DNA of 64,000 bases from Saccostrea echinata (GCF_033153115.1 NW_026889776.1:6014001-6078000), one strand, 5' to 3'. Positions 1 to 12,481 are shown, numbered from the stretch's first letter. Made by a program: numbers and translations. The notes: generated by a model not told the origin, from the sequence alone.

Positions 1-167
1 AAATAAAAAAAATGCCAATAAGGATATAAAGATTTGATTGCTTATTCTTTAATATGTGTATAGAAGATTCTTTCTAATATATAAAATATTTATCACACTG
101 TAATAATGATTTTATGAGTTTGTACACGTCATAACTTTTTCACTTCACATGTTGAATAGTATCATTT

Positions 168-208
<41 letters not shown>

Positions 209-223
209 ATAAAAGAAAAAAAA

Positions 224-293
224 GGATCGTCCAGGATTTGAACCCGGGCCTCTCGCTTGCTAAGCAAGCATCATACCCCTAGACCACGGATGC
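224..293 (-). pseudogene. tRNA-Pro-derived sequence (pseudo-tRNA) embedded in a repeat element
   Basis: Reverse complement GCATCCGTGGTCTAGGGGTATGATGCTTGCTTAGCAAGCGAGAGGCCCGGGTTCAAATCCTGGACGATCC closely matches eukaryotic tRNA-Pro; acceptor stem mispairs; followed by poly-T. Confidence 0.7.
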
Positions 294-539
294 ACTTGAC
301 TTTACTGCAAATTAAATGCAAACATTAGGTCACATAAAATGTTTATATTCACGTTCGATATTTTTAACATTTTACACAATACATGTTGTCTAATTTAGCC
401 TTTACTAAACAGTACCAATAGATGTAATTAGAATATAAAGTCCGCCGACAACCTGTATTATACGTAATAATTCTCCACATGCTCCTGTACTTAAAATAGT
501 GCCAAGCGACTTTTAATTCAATAAATAAAAAAAAAAAAA

Positions 540-1050
540 CGGGACGGGACGGCACACTTTGAGAGGGGCGAGAAAGGCCATAGGGATTTGTGGTATAAAA
601 TTTCATTGCAAAAGCTCAAAAGCGTCTTGAGATATGGACCGGAAACGAAAGTGTTACACACAGACGGAATTAATGAATTTACGACCTTGAACTTTGACCT
701 TTTGAACTCAAAATCAATAGGGTTCTTCCTTAGGCCACAGGGAGTTGTTATTAAAAATTTCATTGCAAAAGCTCAAAGAATTCGCGAGATATCGCGCGGA
801 AACGAAAGTGTTAAAACAGACAGAATTTATGACTTTGACCTTTGACCTTTTGACCTCAAAATCAATGGGGTTCTTTTTTATGCCATAGGGAGTTGCTATG
901 CAAAATTTCATTGCAAAAGCTCGAAGGGTTCTCGAGATATCGCGCGGAAACGAAAGTGTTACAGATAGACAGAAATACAGACGGACGGACGGACGGACAG
1001 ACAGACCCAAATTAATATCCCCCATTTTCAGTGAAAGCAGTGGACAAAAA
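540..1050. mobile_element. Non-autonomous Helentron/HINE-like element with about 3 internal ~150-160-bp repeats and a (GACG/GACA)n tract; probably extends further left
   Basis: AAATTTCATTGCAAAAGCTC...CGGAAACGAAAGTGTT repeated at ~598, ~755 and ~903; microsatellite at 961-1006; short terminal hairpin-like end at ~1015-1050. Confidence 0.6.
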
Positions 1051-1359
1051 ACAACAGAGTTTACGAAAATATGATAAACTTCTGAAAAGTAACCTAGATA
1101 CATTGAATATGACTGTACAATCGACAATAACAATAACGTGATAAAAGTTCCTCTTTCATATACAGGATTTGTACTGAATATATTTTTCTGAAGAATTGTT
1201 TTAAATAACTTTCCCTGATTCTCAAAACGTATTTTTACAATTCTTCTGGAAATTATTGTCTAATAGATCTATGAAGAAGTATTATTTGTTCAACAGAATT
1301 AAGTTTTTCCCTCTTCTTTAGAGGAAAAGGCATGCACATATACACTAAGATACAATACA

Positions 1360-2362
1360 AACAAGAGGCCCAGGGGCCACATCGCTCACCTGAGCACTGT
1401 GGCTAGGAAAAAAAAAATCAGTTTAGTGTTGAAAAGCTTAAATGCATAAGTGGTCCCAACCTACCCCTAAAAGGGAGTGGGGGGTATGATTTGAACAAAA
1501 TAAATCTACACTTACTAAGGATGCTTAGATATTTTTTTGACTGTGACATTTTTCTCTACAAATTGAACTTTCATTGTGGCCCCACCCTACCCCTGGAGGT
1601 CATGATTTGAACAAACTTGAATCTACACTATCTTTGGATGCTTCCATATAAATATGACAAACAGAGGCTTTGCTGTTCTTGAGAAGATTTTTCCTATATA
1701 TTCCTATGTAAAACTTTGATCGTTCATTGTGGCCCCACCCTACCCCTGGGGGTCATGATTTGAAAAAACTTGAATCTACACCACCTGAGGATGCTACCAC
1801 ATAAATATGACCAATCATAGCTTTGCTGTTCTTGAGAAGAGGATTTTTGAAGATTTTTCCTATATATTCCTATGTAAAACTTTGATCGTCCATTGTGGCC
1901 CCACCCTACCCCCAGGGGTCATGATTTGAAAAAACTTGAGCCCACACCACCTGAGGATGCTTCCACAGAAATGTTATCAATCATTGCTTTGTTGTTCTTG
2001 AGAAAAAGATTTTTGAAAATTTATTCTATATACATCTATGTTATACTTTGATCGTCCATTGTGGCCCCACCCTACCCCTGGGGGTCATGATTTGAACAAA
2101 CTTTAATCTACACCACCTGAGGATGCTTCCATATAAATATGACCAATCATAGCTTTGCTGTTCTTGAGAAGCAGATTTTTGAAGATTTTTCCTATATACA
2201 CCTATGTTATACTTTGATCGTCCATTGTGGCCCCACCCTATCCCCGGGGGTCATGATTTGAACAAATTTGAATCTACAATACCTGACAATAATTCCACAT
2301 GAGTTTCGTCTTTTCTGGCCCATTGGTTCTTGAGGAGAAGATTTTTCAATAATGCCATTAAT

Positions 2363-2394
<32 letters not shown>

Positions 2395-2481
2395 GGAGGG
2401 CGTGGCCCTTCGTTTGAACAAACTTGAATCCCATTCACCCAAGGATACTTTGTGCCAAGTTTGATTGAAATTGGCCCAGTA

Positions 2482-2523
<42 letters not shown>

Positions 2524-2610
2524 GCCAACGACGACGAAAACGCCGACAGACAACAGACAAATTTCGATCAGAAAAGCTCACTTGAGCCTTCAGCTCAGGT
2601 GAGCTAAAAA
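1360..2610 (+). mobile_element. Helentron/HINE (Helitron-N-like) element carrying ~5 tandem ~167-bp Cg170-like monomers
   Basis: Termini ACAAGAGGCCCAGGGGCCACATCGCTCACCTGAG ... GCTCACTTGAGCCTTCAGCTCAGGTGAGCTAAAA; TGTGGCCCCACCCTACCC recurs at ~1575, 1728, 1894, 2059 and 2226. Confidence 0.82.
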
Positions 2611-2882
2611 GAACAGGGGTACATTTATACTTACAATTGTGGTTTCTCTGCGTGTTGTTCAGTTATTCTGTATTTTCGGTGTATACAAGTAATTATTAAC
2701 ACACAGTTTTATGGAATTAATTTTCAATGCGACACGGAAAGTTCAACTCCAGGTGGGGTCATAAATGCGAAAAGAGAGATAAAGCTGTACTATTCCTTTA
2801 ACAAACACTCGGTATAGTTGGAATAAGACATAAGAAGAAAACATGGTGTGAGAAACATTAATGATGAAAAAAGAATATTTCA

Positions 2883-2925
<43 letters not shown>

Positions 2926-3324
2926 TATTTTTTTTTATGTTCAGGGTGTTATAGAAAACGTGAAACCATTTCCTTTTGGTTATATTTTTTGTTTGTGTTT
3001 CAGTTAGTTAAAGCATAATTCAGAATTGTACAAAGAGAATTAAAAAAAAAGAAAGAAAGAAAGATGTGGAATGGCAAAAGAAATATGAACAATAACTCTT
3101 ATAAATTTTCGGTAAAATAAAATAATGTAATATATGGCGTCAACTTTGCTTAATCAATAAAGCTATCCGATAGAGGAAATCAATTACTAATGCATACATT
3201 TTTATTGAATACATTATTGAATTGTCGGAAATTCACACACATCTGAAACATCAATTTTTGATGTTTGATGCCAATGTTGAATGTAATGGCCTGATGATAT
3301 TTGTTGATATTTGCTTTAAGGACA

Positions 3325-3505
3325 TTGCTCAGGGTCATTTAGCAGTGAGGGTTCTTTATCGTACCAACGCCTATCGTGACAGGGGACCTGAGTTTTTAAG
3401 GTATCATCCGAGAAACTAGTGACATTCACTTCTAGGGAACGAGAATTGAACCTGGGCCTCCCGATTACGATGCAAATATTCTATTACAAGGCTACCGTGA
3501 CCGAT
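3325..3505 (-). mobile_element. Older, internally deleted tRNA SINE
   Basis: GCAGTGAGGGTTCTTTATCGTACCAAC body; decayed tRNA head GAATTGAACCTGGGCCTCCCGATTACG. Confidence 0.6.
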
Positions 3506-3589
3506 AGTTGCTTGTAGAAGTGGATGTAGAAAAATCAGGAATTATCCAGTTGAGTAGTGGTTTATGTGTTTGACTGAATACATGACTGT

Positions 3590-3874
3590 TTGTTTGTTTC
3601 TTTATTGTTTAACGTCCTCTCGAGAATTTTTCACTCATATGGAGACGCCACCACTTGCCGGTGGAGAGTTTTACTCGGCACGCAGGACCATTGAGAAGTG
3701 AGGGATCATTTTCGTGCCAGTACCTACTGCGACAAGGTACCTCGGTTTATACGGTCTCATCCGAAGGACCGGTCTCCACGTCCCACAGTGGGATTTGAAC
3801 CCGCGACGTAAGGATCAACTCCTTACTCTGCGACTCCAGAGCGAACGCTCTAACCACTGCCCCACGCGGGCGAC
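3590..3874 (-). mobile_element. tRNA-derived SINE, family A (long-variable-arm head, Deu/Nin-like core)
   Basis: A and B boxes on the minus strand; core CCTTCGGATGAGAC; (AAAC)n tail; 13-bp TSD AATACATGACTGT at 3577-3589 and 3875-3887. Confidence 0.85.
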
Positions 3875-5841
3875 AATACATGACTGTGTAATCACCACAT
3901 GCATGCTAATTATTACAAAATAATTTTCTATTGCACATCAAAATTCAAATTCTGGTAAAATCAGAGAAGAGAAAAGTTTTAATCGTTATGTAGATAAAAG
4001 CTCTACCCCTGATCCAGTATACCTAACAAAAAGTATATGCAATTTAAGAATTCTACTCCTGGTCATACCTGACAATAGTATACGGAGATAAACAATTACA
4101 TTTTTGTCAGGTTAATCCTGACAAAAATGTACGGAGATCAGGAATTCCATTCTTGGTTGGGTCAGACGTCTTCAATAAAATGAGATCAGGAATCCTACTC
4201 TTGATCTGGTCAGATTTCGATACAGTTTCAAAAGTATTTGATAGGGGAAAACTCATACAAACCTTTATTTACATGTTATGCATTTTTAGGAAAAGCAAAA
4301 ATGCAAACATAGCAATAAAATTGAGGATACTGTCAGAATTCCAAAGTACAAAGTAAAATGTAATACATTTTTGAAGAGAACATATGCGAAAAAAAACACT
4401 GATATTATCGATAAATTATATCTTTATATATTTTCCCTTAAGAGGTGCAAAGCACTTATTTATCAGAGGCAAACAAATTCATGAATTCAAGACAAATAAT
4501 AAACAATGAATGTTTATCATAAGTATAATGATAATTGTGCTGTTGACATGCATTATGTTTCATTGTTTCATGGATCAATAGATGAGAGATTGTTGAAAAT
4601 ATGGTATGTTTAGCATTTTCTTTTATAGCAAGTAAATTACAATAATATATCTTATAACTTCCTGCATGAAACAAAATCGTACATAATATTCGTAATGACC
4701 CATTGCATTTTGAGAAGGAAATACATTTGACTTAAATGTTTATTAACAATATGTCCACTAAAATTGCTACCAAAATATTTCACACACATGAATAAATATC
4801 ATTTTTTCAACACTATTGGTGAATTTAAATAGACATTGCCATTGATCAATAACACAGGCATATAAAAATTGTATCTCTAGGAAAGAAATTTAAATTTCAA
4901 TTCATCGCAAATCGCAAATAGAACTGCTCTGTTGGATATGCCAAAAAAATTAATAATGGTTTACAATTGCTTTTAGCAACAATTGCTTTTTAATTACTTC
5001 AATAAAAGTTTGTTTATTTCTCCTAATTTACAAAAGTTTCTAAAATATGTCGGTCTATCATGGAAATATGAACACATATCATATACTTTATCATACTTTT
5101 TATTTACAGTACCCTGCTAATGTACCAACTATTTCTCTTTATTTTATATTGACAATTTACCAAAGAAATCAGTCAGGTAAACTGAATATTGAAAAGGCTC
5201 TATAGATGAACCGATACAGACCAAAGACTGAGGATACGATAGTGACTGACTTGCAAATGAGCATTTCTTTTCCCATTTAACCGCCATTTTATTGACATTA
5301 TGAATATTTTATTTTTTAATCCTTTATTTATTATTTTCCTTTGTCCTTACTTTTTACTTTGTATTTGAATACTATTTGTACACATCCCCTTCGTCCACTA
5401 GGCAATGCTATATAAAATAAATAAATGTATAATTAGTTCTGAATGAAAATATTTGATAGATTGAAACCTCGTTTTGAAATTTTGTTTTTGTTTCTTTAAA
5501 GTCTATTATAAAGCAATTGAAATGATTGACTCCCCTACCGCATCTTATCTATCGTGGTATCTGCATTACATTAGGATCATTGCATAAAACTGTAACAACA
5601 AAGCGTTCTATTCTTTAAAAAAACACCAATTATTCATTAACGTATACATTGAATTGCAAAACCTCTTATGATAAAAACGTGCATTTTAATAAAGGAAACA
5701 GTTGCTCATGCTTGAAGCTCTTTTGTTACAAACTCCTTACCAGTCATAAGAAAAATCCCTTTTCAAAAGAAAATGTTCGACTCTCGGATCATTTTTATAA
5801 CAAAAAATATAATATTCATTCCTTTTTATTAACATTCTGTG

Positions 5842-6156
5842 ATGCTTGGACTTGAATTAATTTTTTTCATGTGTTCAGTGCAATTTGCAGTATTGGAACA
5901 AACTGATGTTGCTACTAACATAAAAGTGACTGCACCTGGCCAACGTATTAAAACTAGCAACGTCATTAAAGTTTTAAATATCATAGGACAGAAACAGTGT
6001 ATTCGAGAATGTTTACAGAACGGTCAATGTAAATCTGTGAACTATCAAAGACAATATCTAAATTGCGAACTTATAGCAACAAAATATGGTGATTCAGAAA
6101 CTTATTTAGTTTTGGATGCAGACTTTGATTACATTGCAATGGAAAATCAGCCGCAG
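5842..6156 (+). CDS. Copy 1, exon 1: signal peptide + PAN/Apple domain (MLGLELIFF...MENQPQ)
   Basis: ATG at 5842; hydrophobic N-terminus; PAN pattern C-x3-C-x5-C-x-S-V-N-Y-x6-C-E-L; ends CAG|GTTTGT (phase 0); 315 nt, same length as the three paralogous exons. Confidence 0.88.
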
Positions 6157-6419
6157 GTTTGTATTTTTATCAAACAATTCATTTAGCTAAGTCAAACAGA
6201 CACTTTAAAAAAGGCTTACATTTCGATTTGTAGCTATTGATAGGTTAATTTCATGTGTCGAATTTTAAAACTTCTTATTTTGCAAACCATGAATTTTGAA
6301 CAAAATTCAATGTGAAAATCGCAATTTCATAGTGAAAAAAAAAAAAACACGATAATATTAACTTTGGTGTTTATTTTTTTAACCTACCAACTTGAAGATG
6401 TATAATGACTTACTTTTAG

Positions 6420-6504
6420 GAGCTAACTGGACTTTGTAACTCAACGTCCTGTGTGGGGCAGTGTACTGTTTTGAGTAATGGAAAAGCATTCTGCATACAA
6501 AGAC
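6420..6504 (+). CDS. Copy 1, exon 2: Cys-rich linker (ELTGLCNSTSCVGQCTVLSNGKAFCIQR)
   Basis: TTTTAG| acceptor, |GTAAGC donor, phase 0 to 1, 85 nt; homologous to 35736-35820 and 57573-57657. Confidence 0.85.
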
Positions 6505-7909
6505 GTAAGCATAAACGTAAATCTTCTGAATACAAATTCTTGTTGAAGAACTATTTAAGAAGGAATACCATACAAAAAGTTTATTGCATTTTAAAAACAT
6601 ATCATATTAAATATGTTTTCAACACTGAACGACCATTATGACCATTTCAGAATTGAAAATTAACTTCTTTTTTTTTTAATTTCCAAATACATTCCAATTT
6701 TTATCGAAAATGCGATCCACTAATACTTCTTTACATACGGGTCAGCAGGCATGCTATCGAAGCCATCTTAGGACTAAAACATATCTTAAGAGATATCTTA
6801 GTCCTAAGTGAGACCATTGAATCTGTCCTAACTTAAGACATATCTTAGGATTTCTCCTAAAGTTAAGACACTGCAAGATCCGTTCTAACATGAACTTAGG
6901 AGACTCCAAACTTTGTACAATAATTTCCTATCAGACATTTAGTATGGGAGGGGGGGGGGCAAGGTGGGTCCTCCTATTACTCCCCTAAAACCTTTTACAA
7001 AAACGTTTCTTCTACCCCCGCTCCCCTCCCCAATAAATATATCGAGTTTAGAGGTTTTCCTTTTTTGTGTCTCTCAGAGTTAATCAGGAACTTTTTCTTT
7101 TTTTTTTGTTTGTACGTTTATTATACGGTTGTACATTTTAGCTACAATCTGTTGCTCTGCCCACCCCCTTCCCTCCAACTTTTAAAAACACTGAGTGCTT
7201 CGTTCCTACAATGTACCTATGTATAAATAATAGTCCAATTGTAATTTGCCGTACTATTATGATATTTCTTCTTAGCAATTAAGAAATTAAATTGACTTGA
7301 TTTAATATTGGAGTTAGTGGTTACAATTCCAAAAGTATTCAAGTGAAGATTTAGCGAGACACAGTAACTTGAAGAGGTCACCTCCAAGGGCTATTCATGC
7401 TCGCTATACCTTATATGAAATGGAGGAGGTTCTATACCGCGTCTAAAGCTATCTTACTATAATCGAGGAAGTATTTCCCTGATTCCAAGTATGGGAGCTA
7501 GATTCATCTAGCAAATCGTACAGGACATTTTACCATGAAATTTCTATTTCGAACTGGTATATCTTATTCATCAGTTTACTTTTAAAACCACATTACCACA
7601 GAGAGACATGCCATCAACTTCTGTTATACCGAGTTTACATTTTACCGCTTTCGACAGCCATGCTTGGATTCATGATACGCATTTATTCAACATCACATAA
7701 ACGCCTATAAATGAAAACTGTTTGATCAATCTAGCGTTTACATGATTCTTTCCCATTCTGTATATATTACGCAAACGTACGAACACCTAAATCCGGATGA
7801 ATATAACGAAATAAGAATATGATCAGTATCTGTTGAAAAAATTCTTCGGACTGCACCGATTTATGTGAGTCGGCCGGCAACGCCAAGCAAAGCTAATTTT
7901 ATTTTTGGC

Positions 7910-8610
7910 CTAATGATGCTTTCATATAAATATGTCTAATCATGGCCTTGCTGTTCATGATATTTTTTTTAAAAAGATTTTTCCTATATATTCTTATTTT
8001 AATCTTTGATCGCCTATTGTGGCCCCGACCTACCTCCAGGAATCATATAAAAAATATGAATCTACACTTTCTGAGGATGATTACATATAAATAAGACTAT
8101 TCATGGCTACGCTGTTTTTGATGTTTTTAAAGATATTTTTCCATATACTAGAATTCATATGTAAAAATTTCATCGCCTTTTGTGACCCCACCCTAGCCTG
8201 GGAGTCGTGAATAGAATAAACTGAACCTCCACTGTCTGAGGGTGCTTCCATATAAACATTACTAATCTGAAGATTTGAAAGGATTTTTCCCCACCTCTAG
8301 GGATTGATTACTATGCTTAAATCTTCACTCTTCAATTATCATTTTACTTAAGTTTCCTCATATCTAGACCTGTGGTTCTTTAGAAGAAGATTTTTAAAAG
8401 AGGTCATCAATTTTTTTCTAATTCTTAATTATCTCCTTAGCTTGGTTCTTCATTTGACGAAAGTTAGGTGTGCTGTTTAGCAAGTTTGGTTGAAATTGGC
8501 CCCGTTTTTCGTGAGAAAAAGTCGAAAATATGAAAGGTTTACTGACAGGCGGACGACGAAAAAAATGTGATAAGAAAAACTAATCTGAGTTTTCAGCTCA
8601 GGTGAGTAAA
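7910..8610 (+). mobile_element. Degenerate copy of the same Cg170-bearing HINE family (intron 2 of copy 1)
   Basis: Diverged monomers (TGTGGCCCCGACCTAC, TGTGACCCCACCCTAG); terminal TTCAGCTCAGGTGAGTAAAA. Confidence 0.65.
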
Positions 8611-8863
8611 ACAAATAATTTGCTTTGTTTTCAGAATTAGTTTTTGAAACATTTAATTTGATTGACAACACAAGTTTTTTTTTTTGTTTTTTTTTTGTTT
8701 TTTGTTTTTTGTTTTTTTTTTTTTTTTTGTTTGTTTTTGTTTTTGTTTTTTTTTTTGCGTGCAAAGGAATATGTACATTTTTTTCTGGAAAAAAAAAATT
8801 CCAGGTCTTTCAATCCCTTTAGTTTTAACCATGTTTTTCAAATATTCATCTTTCAAAAGTCAT

Positions 8864-9186
8864 TTGAGCGCTCGCTCCTTGATCGGGAGGTCGTGAGTTC
8901 GAATCTCGGCCGCGACTGACCTAAGTCGATAAAAAAAAGGGTAGCAACTGTTCCTTCGCCATGCGTTCGGCACTTTGAAGTGAAAGTTGCGGGTTCTTCG
9001 GATGAGACCTTAAAAACCGAGGTCCCCTGTCACGGCAGGCATTGGCACGATAAAGACCCTTCTCTGCTCAATGGCCCTGAGTGCCGAGTAAAGGTCAAAA
9101 TTTAAAGCCCTTCACCGGTATATGGTGACGTCTCTATATAAGTGGAAAATTCTCGAATGGGACGAAAACAACAAACAATCAATCAA
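8864..9186 (+). mobile_element. tRNA-derived SINE, family B, slightly 5'-truncated
   Basis: B box GAGTTCGAATC; core TTCGGATGAGACCTTAAAAACCGAGG; (AATC)n tail; TSD TCAAAAGTCAT at 8853 and 9187. Confidence 0.85.
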
Positions 9187-10134
9187 TCAAAAGTCATATA
9201 TCATGAAAAGAAGCAAATAATATATAAATAAATAGCTTTAAAAATAGAAAAATGATAGAAAATTAAAATTTATAATGTGACTTATAATAAATTAGACATT
9301 GAGAAATTAATCAAGGTCATGCATTACATTGTTATTTGGTCCCTTGTTTGTACGATTACTCATTTTAAAGTTTTGTCTTTAAAGATATGTTAAAAGAACT
9401 TCAGTGGGTAATAAATCAGATAAGGGTTCTTCAGATCCTTTCACTGATAAGATAATAAAGAATCTTCTGTATCAGTAAAAGACATCGCTGAAGGTTTAGC
9501 AGCTCTGTAACTTGCAGTATCGAAAAAGTAGCGATAATTAGAGTTATTTTTTAAGGGGCAGAATTAGAGTCATGGAAGGAAATATCAGAAGCAGATTTAA
9601 AGAGAACATAGAAGATGTAATGACAGAAAACAAAAGAGACACAAAACGAGCAAAATTTCTCATAATTCGAAAGAGCTTAACATTTGACCTTTGTCGAAAT
9701 GTGAATGACAAAGGTTCAAGACGAAGACTGCAGTTGGCCCCATGTCATGTCTTTATTAAATTTTAAAAAATAACGTAATCAGCCAAAAAAAAAAAAAAAA
9801 ATCAGGAGCAATAACTCATAATATGGGCTGATAAATCATACTGCAATGAAAAGATTGAAGAGTCTTCTACTTAAGAAGACATTGGTGCATTTTTCCTATC
9901 TCTACGCGGATTTCTTAAACTTTTTCGTCATTGGTGTTTCCACTTATATACATAAGTAATTAATCAACCATACATTTAGCAGTTACTTATACAACTTGAA
10001 TACATCTTCAAGGAAATAGAATAACATGCATTTAAACGTCATATTCTGTGTTTTGTTATTGATGTAATTCAATAATATCACCATAAGGAAATGATAAGGA
10101 ACTCATTAATTTTGTAACATAACTTACGAAAATA

Positions 10135-10308
10135 CAGTTATACTTTAGTACCTCAGACACGAATATCTCGAATACCATGGATATGTCAAGTGATTAAGAA
10201 GTCTCAACCACTCATTCTTTAAGAATTTAACTCTTAATATCTCAAATACTCGGATATCTCGAAGTTCTTCATTGGTCACATCGATTTCGAGATAACGAAG
10301 TTTGACTG
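10135..10308. mobile_element. Tc1/mariner-type MITE
   Basis: TA|CAGTTATACTT ... AAGTTTGACTG|TA; internal ATATCTCGAA repeats. Confidence 0.68.
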
Positions 10309-10392
10309 TAGATAATCATTTAAAAACCATTATATCTGCAGCATTATTGCCTGTTTTTTGAATCATATTTTGTCTCTTTTTTTGAACATCAG

Positions 10393-10563
10393 GTCGTTGT
10401 CCTGAAAATTACACGTTGAACACTACCCTTCACCTTTGCTTAGCATCTCATACCGAATCTCTTACATGGTATGAGGCTAGGGATTTTTGTAATTCTAAAG
10501 ACGGAAGGACAAGACTAGCTGTGCTGGATACCAGAAGCAAAGTGGAAGCAGCTCTATCAATTA
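10393..10563 (+). CDS. Copy 1, exon 3: N-terminal half of C-type lectin domain (RCPENY...LCL...TWYEARDFC...LAVLDT)
   Basis: CATCAG| acceptor in phase 1; long-form CTLD motifs CP..Y, C, W.EA..FC, LA.L; donor A|GTACTT is weak, so the 3' end is less certain (alternative 10617). Confidence 0.78.
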
Positions 10564-10998
10564 GTACTTATGTCTGTCTGTCCGTCTGTCTGTCTGTCTC
10601 TTTCTCTCTTTCACTCAGTACTTAATAGTTATTGATAAGTTATTCATTATGCACGTTAATTTCTACATAGTAATTCCAAATGCGTCTTAAAGTTGAAATC
10701 TGAAATCATTGCGAACCCGATTCTTCTGAATCATACATGAAATTCATGGTTTATGTTTTTTAACTGCCATTTCAATATTTGTTAACATGCGTTCTAGTTA
10801 CGCTTCATTTTCAATAGGCAATATTTGATCAATAGTTAGGATGTCAAGGGATAGGTATTTAACCACTCAGGACAAAATACTTCGGTATTCATACCATCCA
10901 AAATTGAGAAGATTTAGCTAATACATTTATCATCTTTTGCATGATTCCATTTTTACAACTTTAAATTAATCTTTAAATGTAGATATCAAGAAATCTTG

Positions 10999-11040
<42 letters not shown>

Positions 11041-11220
11041 ATCTTCTAAAATTAACCTTATAAATGTAAAGCATATTGTAACGTTAAATAGTATAGGCAA
11101 GTAAAATATCTAGGTGTAGCCTTAACACACCCGCGTACATTTTCTTTTGTTCTTGGAGGTATTCGTGAGGACTTAAACTATTATATTACAATAAATTTTT
11201 GGCTTTCATTATTTTTACAG

Positions 11221-11465
11221 CTCGTGCTTCATTTACACACTACTGGATTGGAGCAACATATAATGAAGCAGAGAGTCAATATTCTGGTAAAAACATTTTC
11301 TACTGGAACGATGGGAAACAGACTGATTCTACCCTTATGTCTCCATATACGATTGAACTTCGATCTGGATGTTGTGTTTTTCTTTACACTTTCACTGACC
11401 TGGTATCTTTTTGGTCAGATCCGTGCACTGATCGACGGGCGGTGATTTGTGAATATATCCTGTGA
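11221..11465 (+). CDS. Copy 1, exon 4: C-terminal half of C-type lectin domain (YWIG...FYWNDG...CCV...WSDPC...ICEYIL*); spliced product about 271 aa
   Basis: TTTTTACAG| acceptor in phase 1; WIG, W.DG, C, W.D.C and ICE motifs; TGA stop; the four exons total 816 nt in one open frame. Confidence 0.85.
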
Positions 11466-11826
11466 ATGTATTTTTTGGGGGGTAGGGGGTCGGGGGATGG
11501 GTTGAAGATGAACCATAAAAAATTTGAAATTTTTATGTAAATATTCATAAATTTTTTGGAGATTTTTTAACATTTTAAATTAATGGATCACCTGTATTAA
11601 CTAACCGTTGCATTGACTGAAGTTTCCGGATTTTGTTTTCGTCCATTTTCCCCCAATTTGTAGTAAATTCCATGGTTTTTATAATGTCCTTAGCAAATCA
11701 CAAATACAACTTTTCATCGGGTCCTATTTTAATTGATATATTTCGTTGTTTTATGCTAAATTTGACGACAGATTATTCTGTCAACCACATAATTACATAG
11801 GGCTAACGGCGGGTGACTCCGGTCGA

Positions 11827-12481
11827 CAGTGGCATATATTCCTGTCTGCTAATATGTAGGCTAGTTTATAACCTGAGGCGCAAAGTGTGGGTATGCAAGG
11901 AGGGGGTGGTCCTCTCTTCACAGGGATCGGGGGGTCAGAGGGAGCATTTTTGAAAACTCGAAGACATCTACGATTGTCATTTGACCAGTAAAAATAATAT
12001 TTTAAATAAATATATTTTCAGTTTGTATAATGATATGAAGACCTCTTAACAAAATCGAGAAGTCTTAACTTATCCTTTTACTCTGCTTAGAAAATATGGA
12101 AACTTCCTTACTGAATAGTCCAAATACGAACAATACATTTAGTTTCCTACTAACCAAAAATATGTCCAGTAATTAGTTTCATTTCCTGCACTAAATATGG
12201 ACTACTGTTGCTGCCCATGGTTTTGAAATTGTCTGATACATACCTTATATAACACTTGAATATAGAAATAGTTATGTCATGCAATGTAAAGTAAAACAGT
12301 AAATGTTGGATAGGTATAAAAGTGCGGATTGCTAAGAATGCTTTTTTGCATTTGTAACAAAATAAAATTAATAGATAAGATTTATTATCAACTTTCGTCC
12401 CCCTTTTTCAACTAAATTTTTATCCCTGAGAAAATGATGTGTAGGCTACAGCCTTTTTCCAATTTGGAATATACGCCACTG
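11827..12481. mobile_element. MITE with 16-bp TIR, nested in another repeat
   Basis: CAGTGGCATATATTCC ... GGAATATACGCCACTG; GTCGA duplicated on both sides. Confidence 0.75.

Noticed and set aside
364-1133. ORFs up to 139 aa at the window start
   Set aside because: Lie in HINE internal repeats and microsatellite; no domain signal
6745-7850. Palindromic CTTAGGACTAA/TTAGTCCTAAG region plus possible decayed Harbinger transposase remnant
   Set aside because: No matching second terminus or convincing reading frame by eye
8477-8919. Overlapping Phe-rich and Lys-rich ORFs
   Set aside because: Translations of a T-rich low-complexity tract
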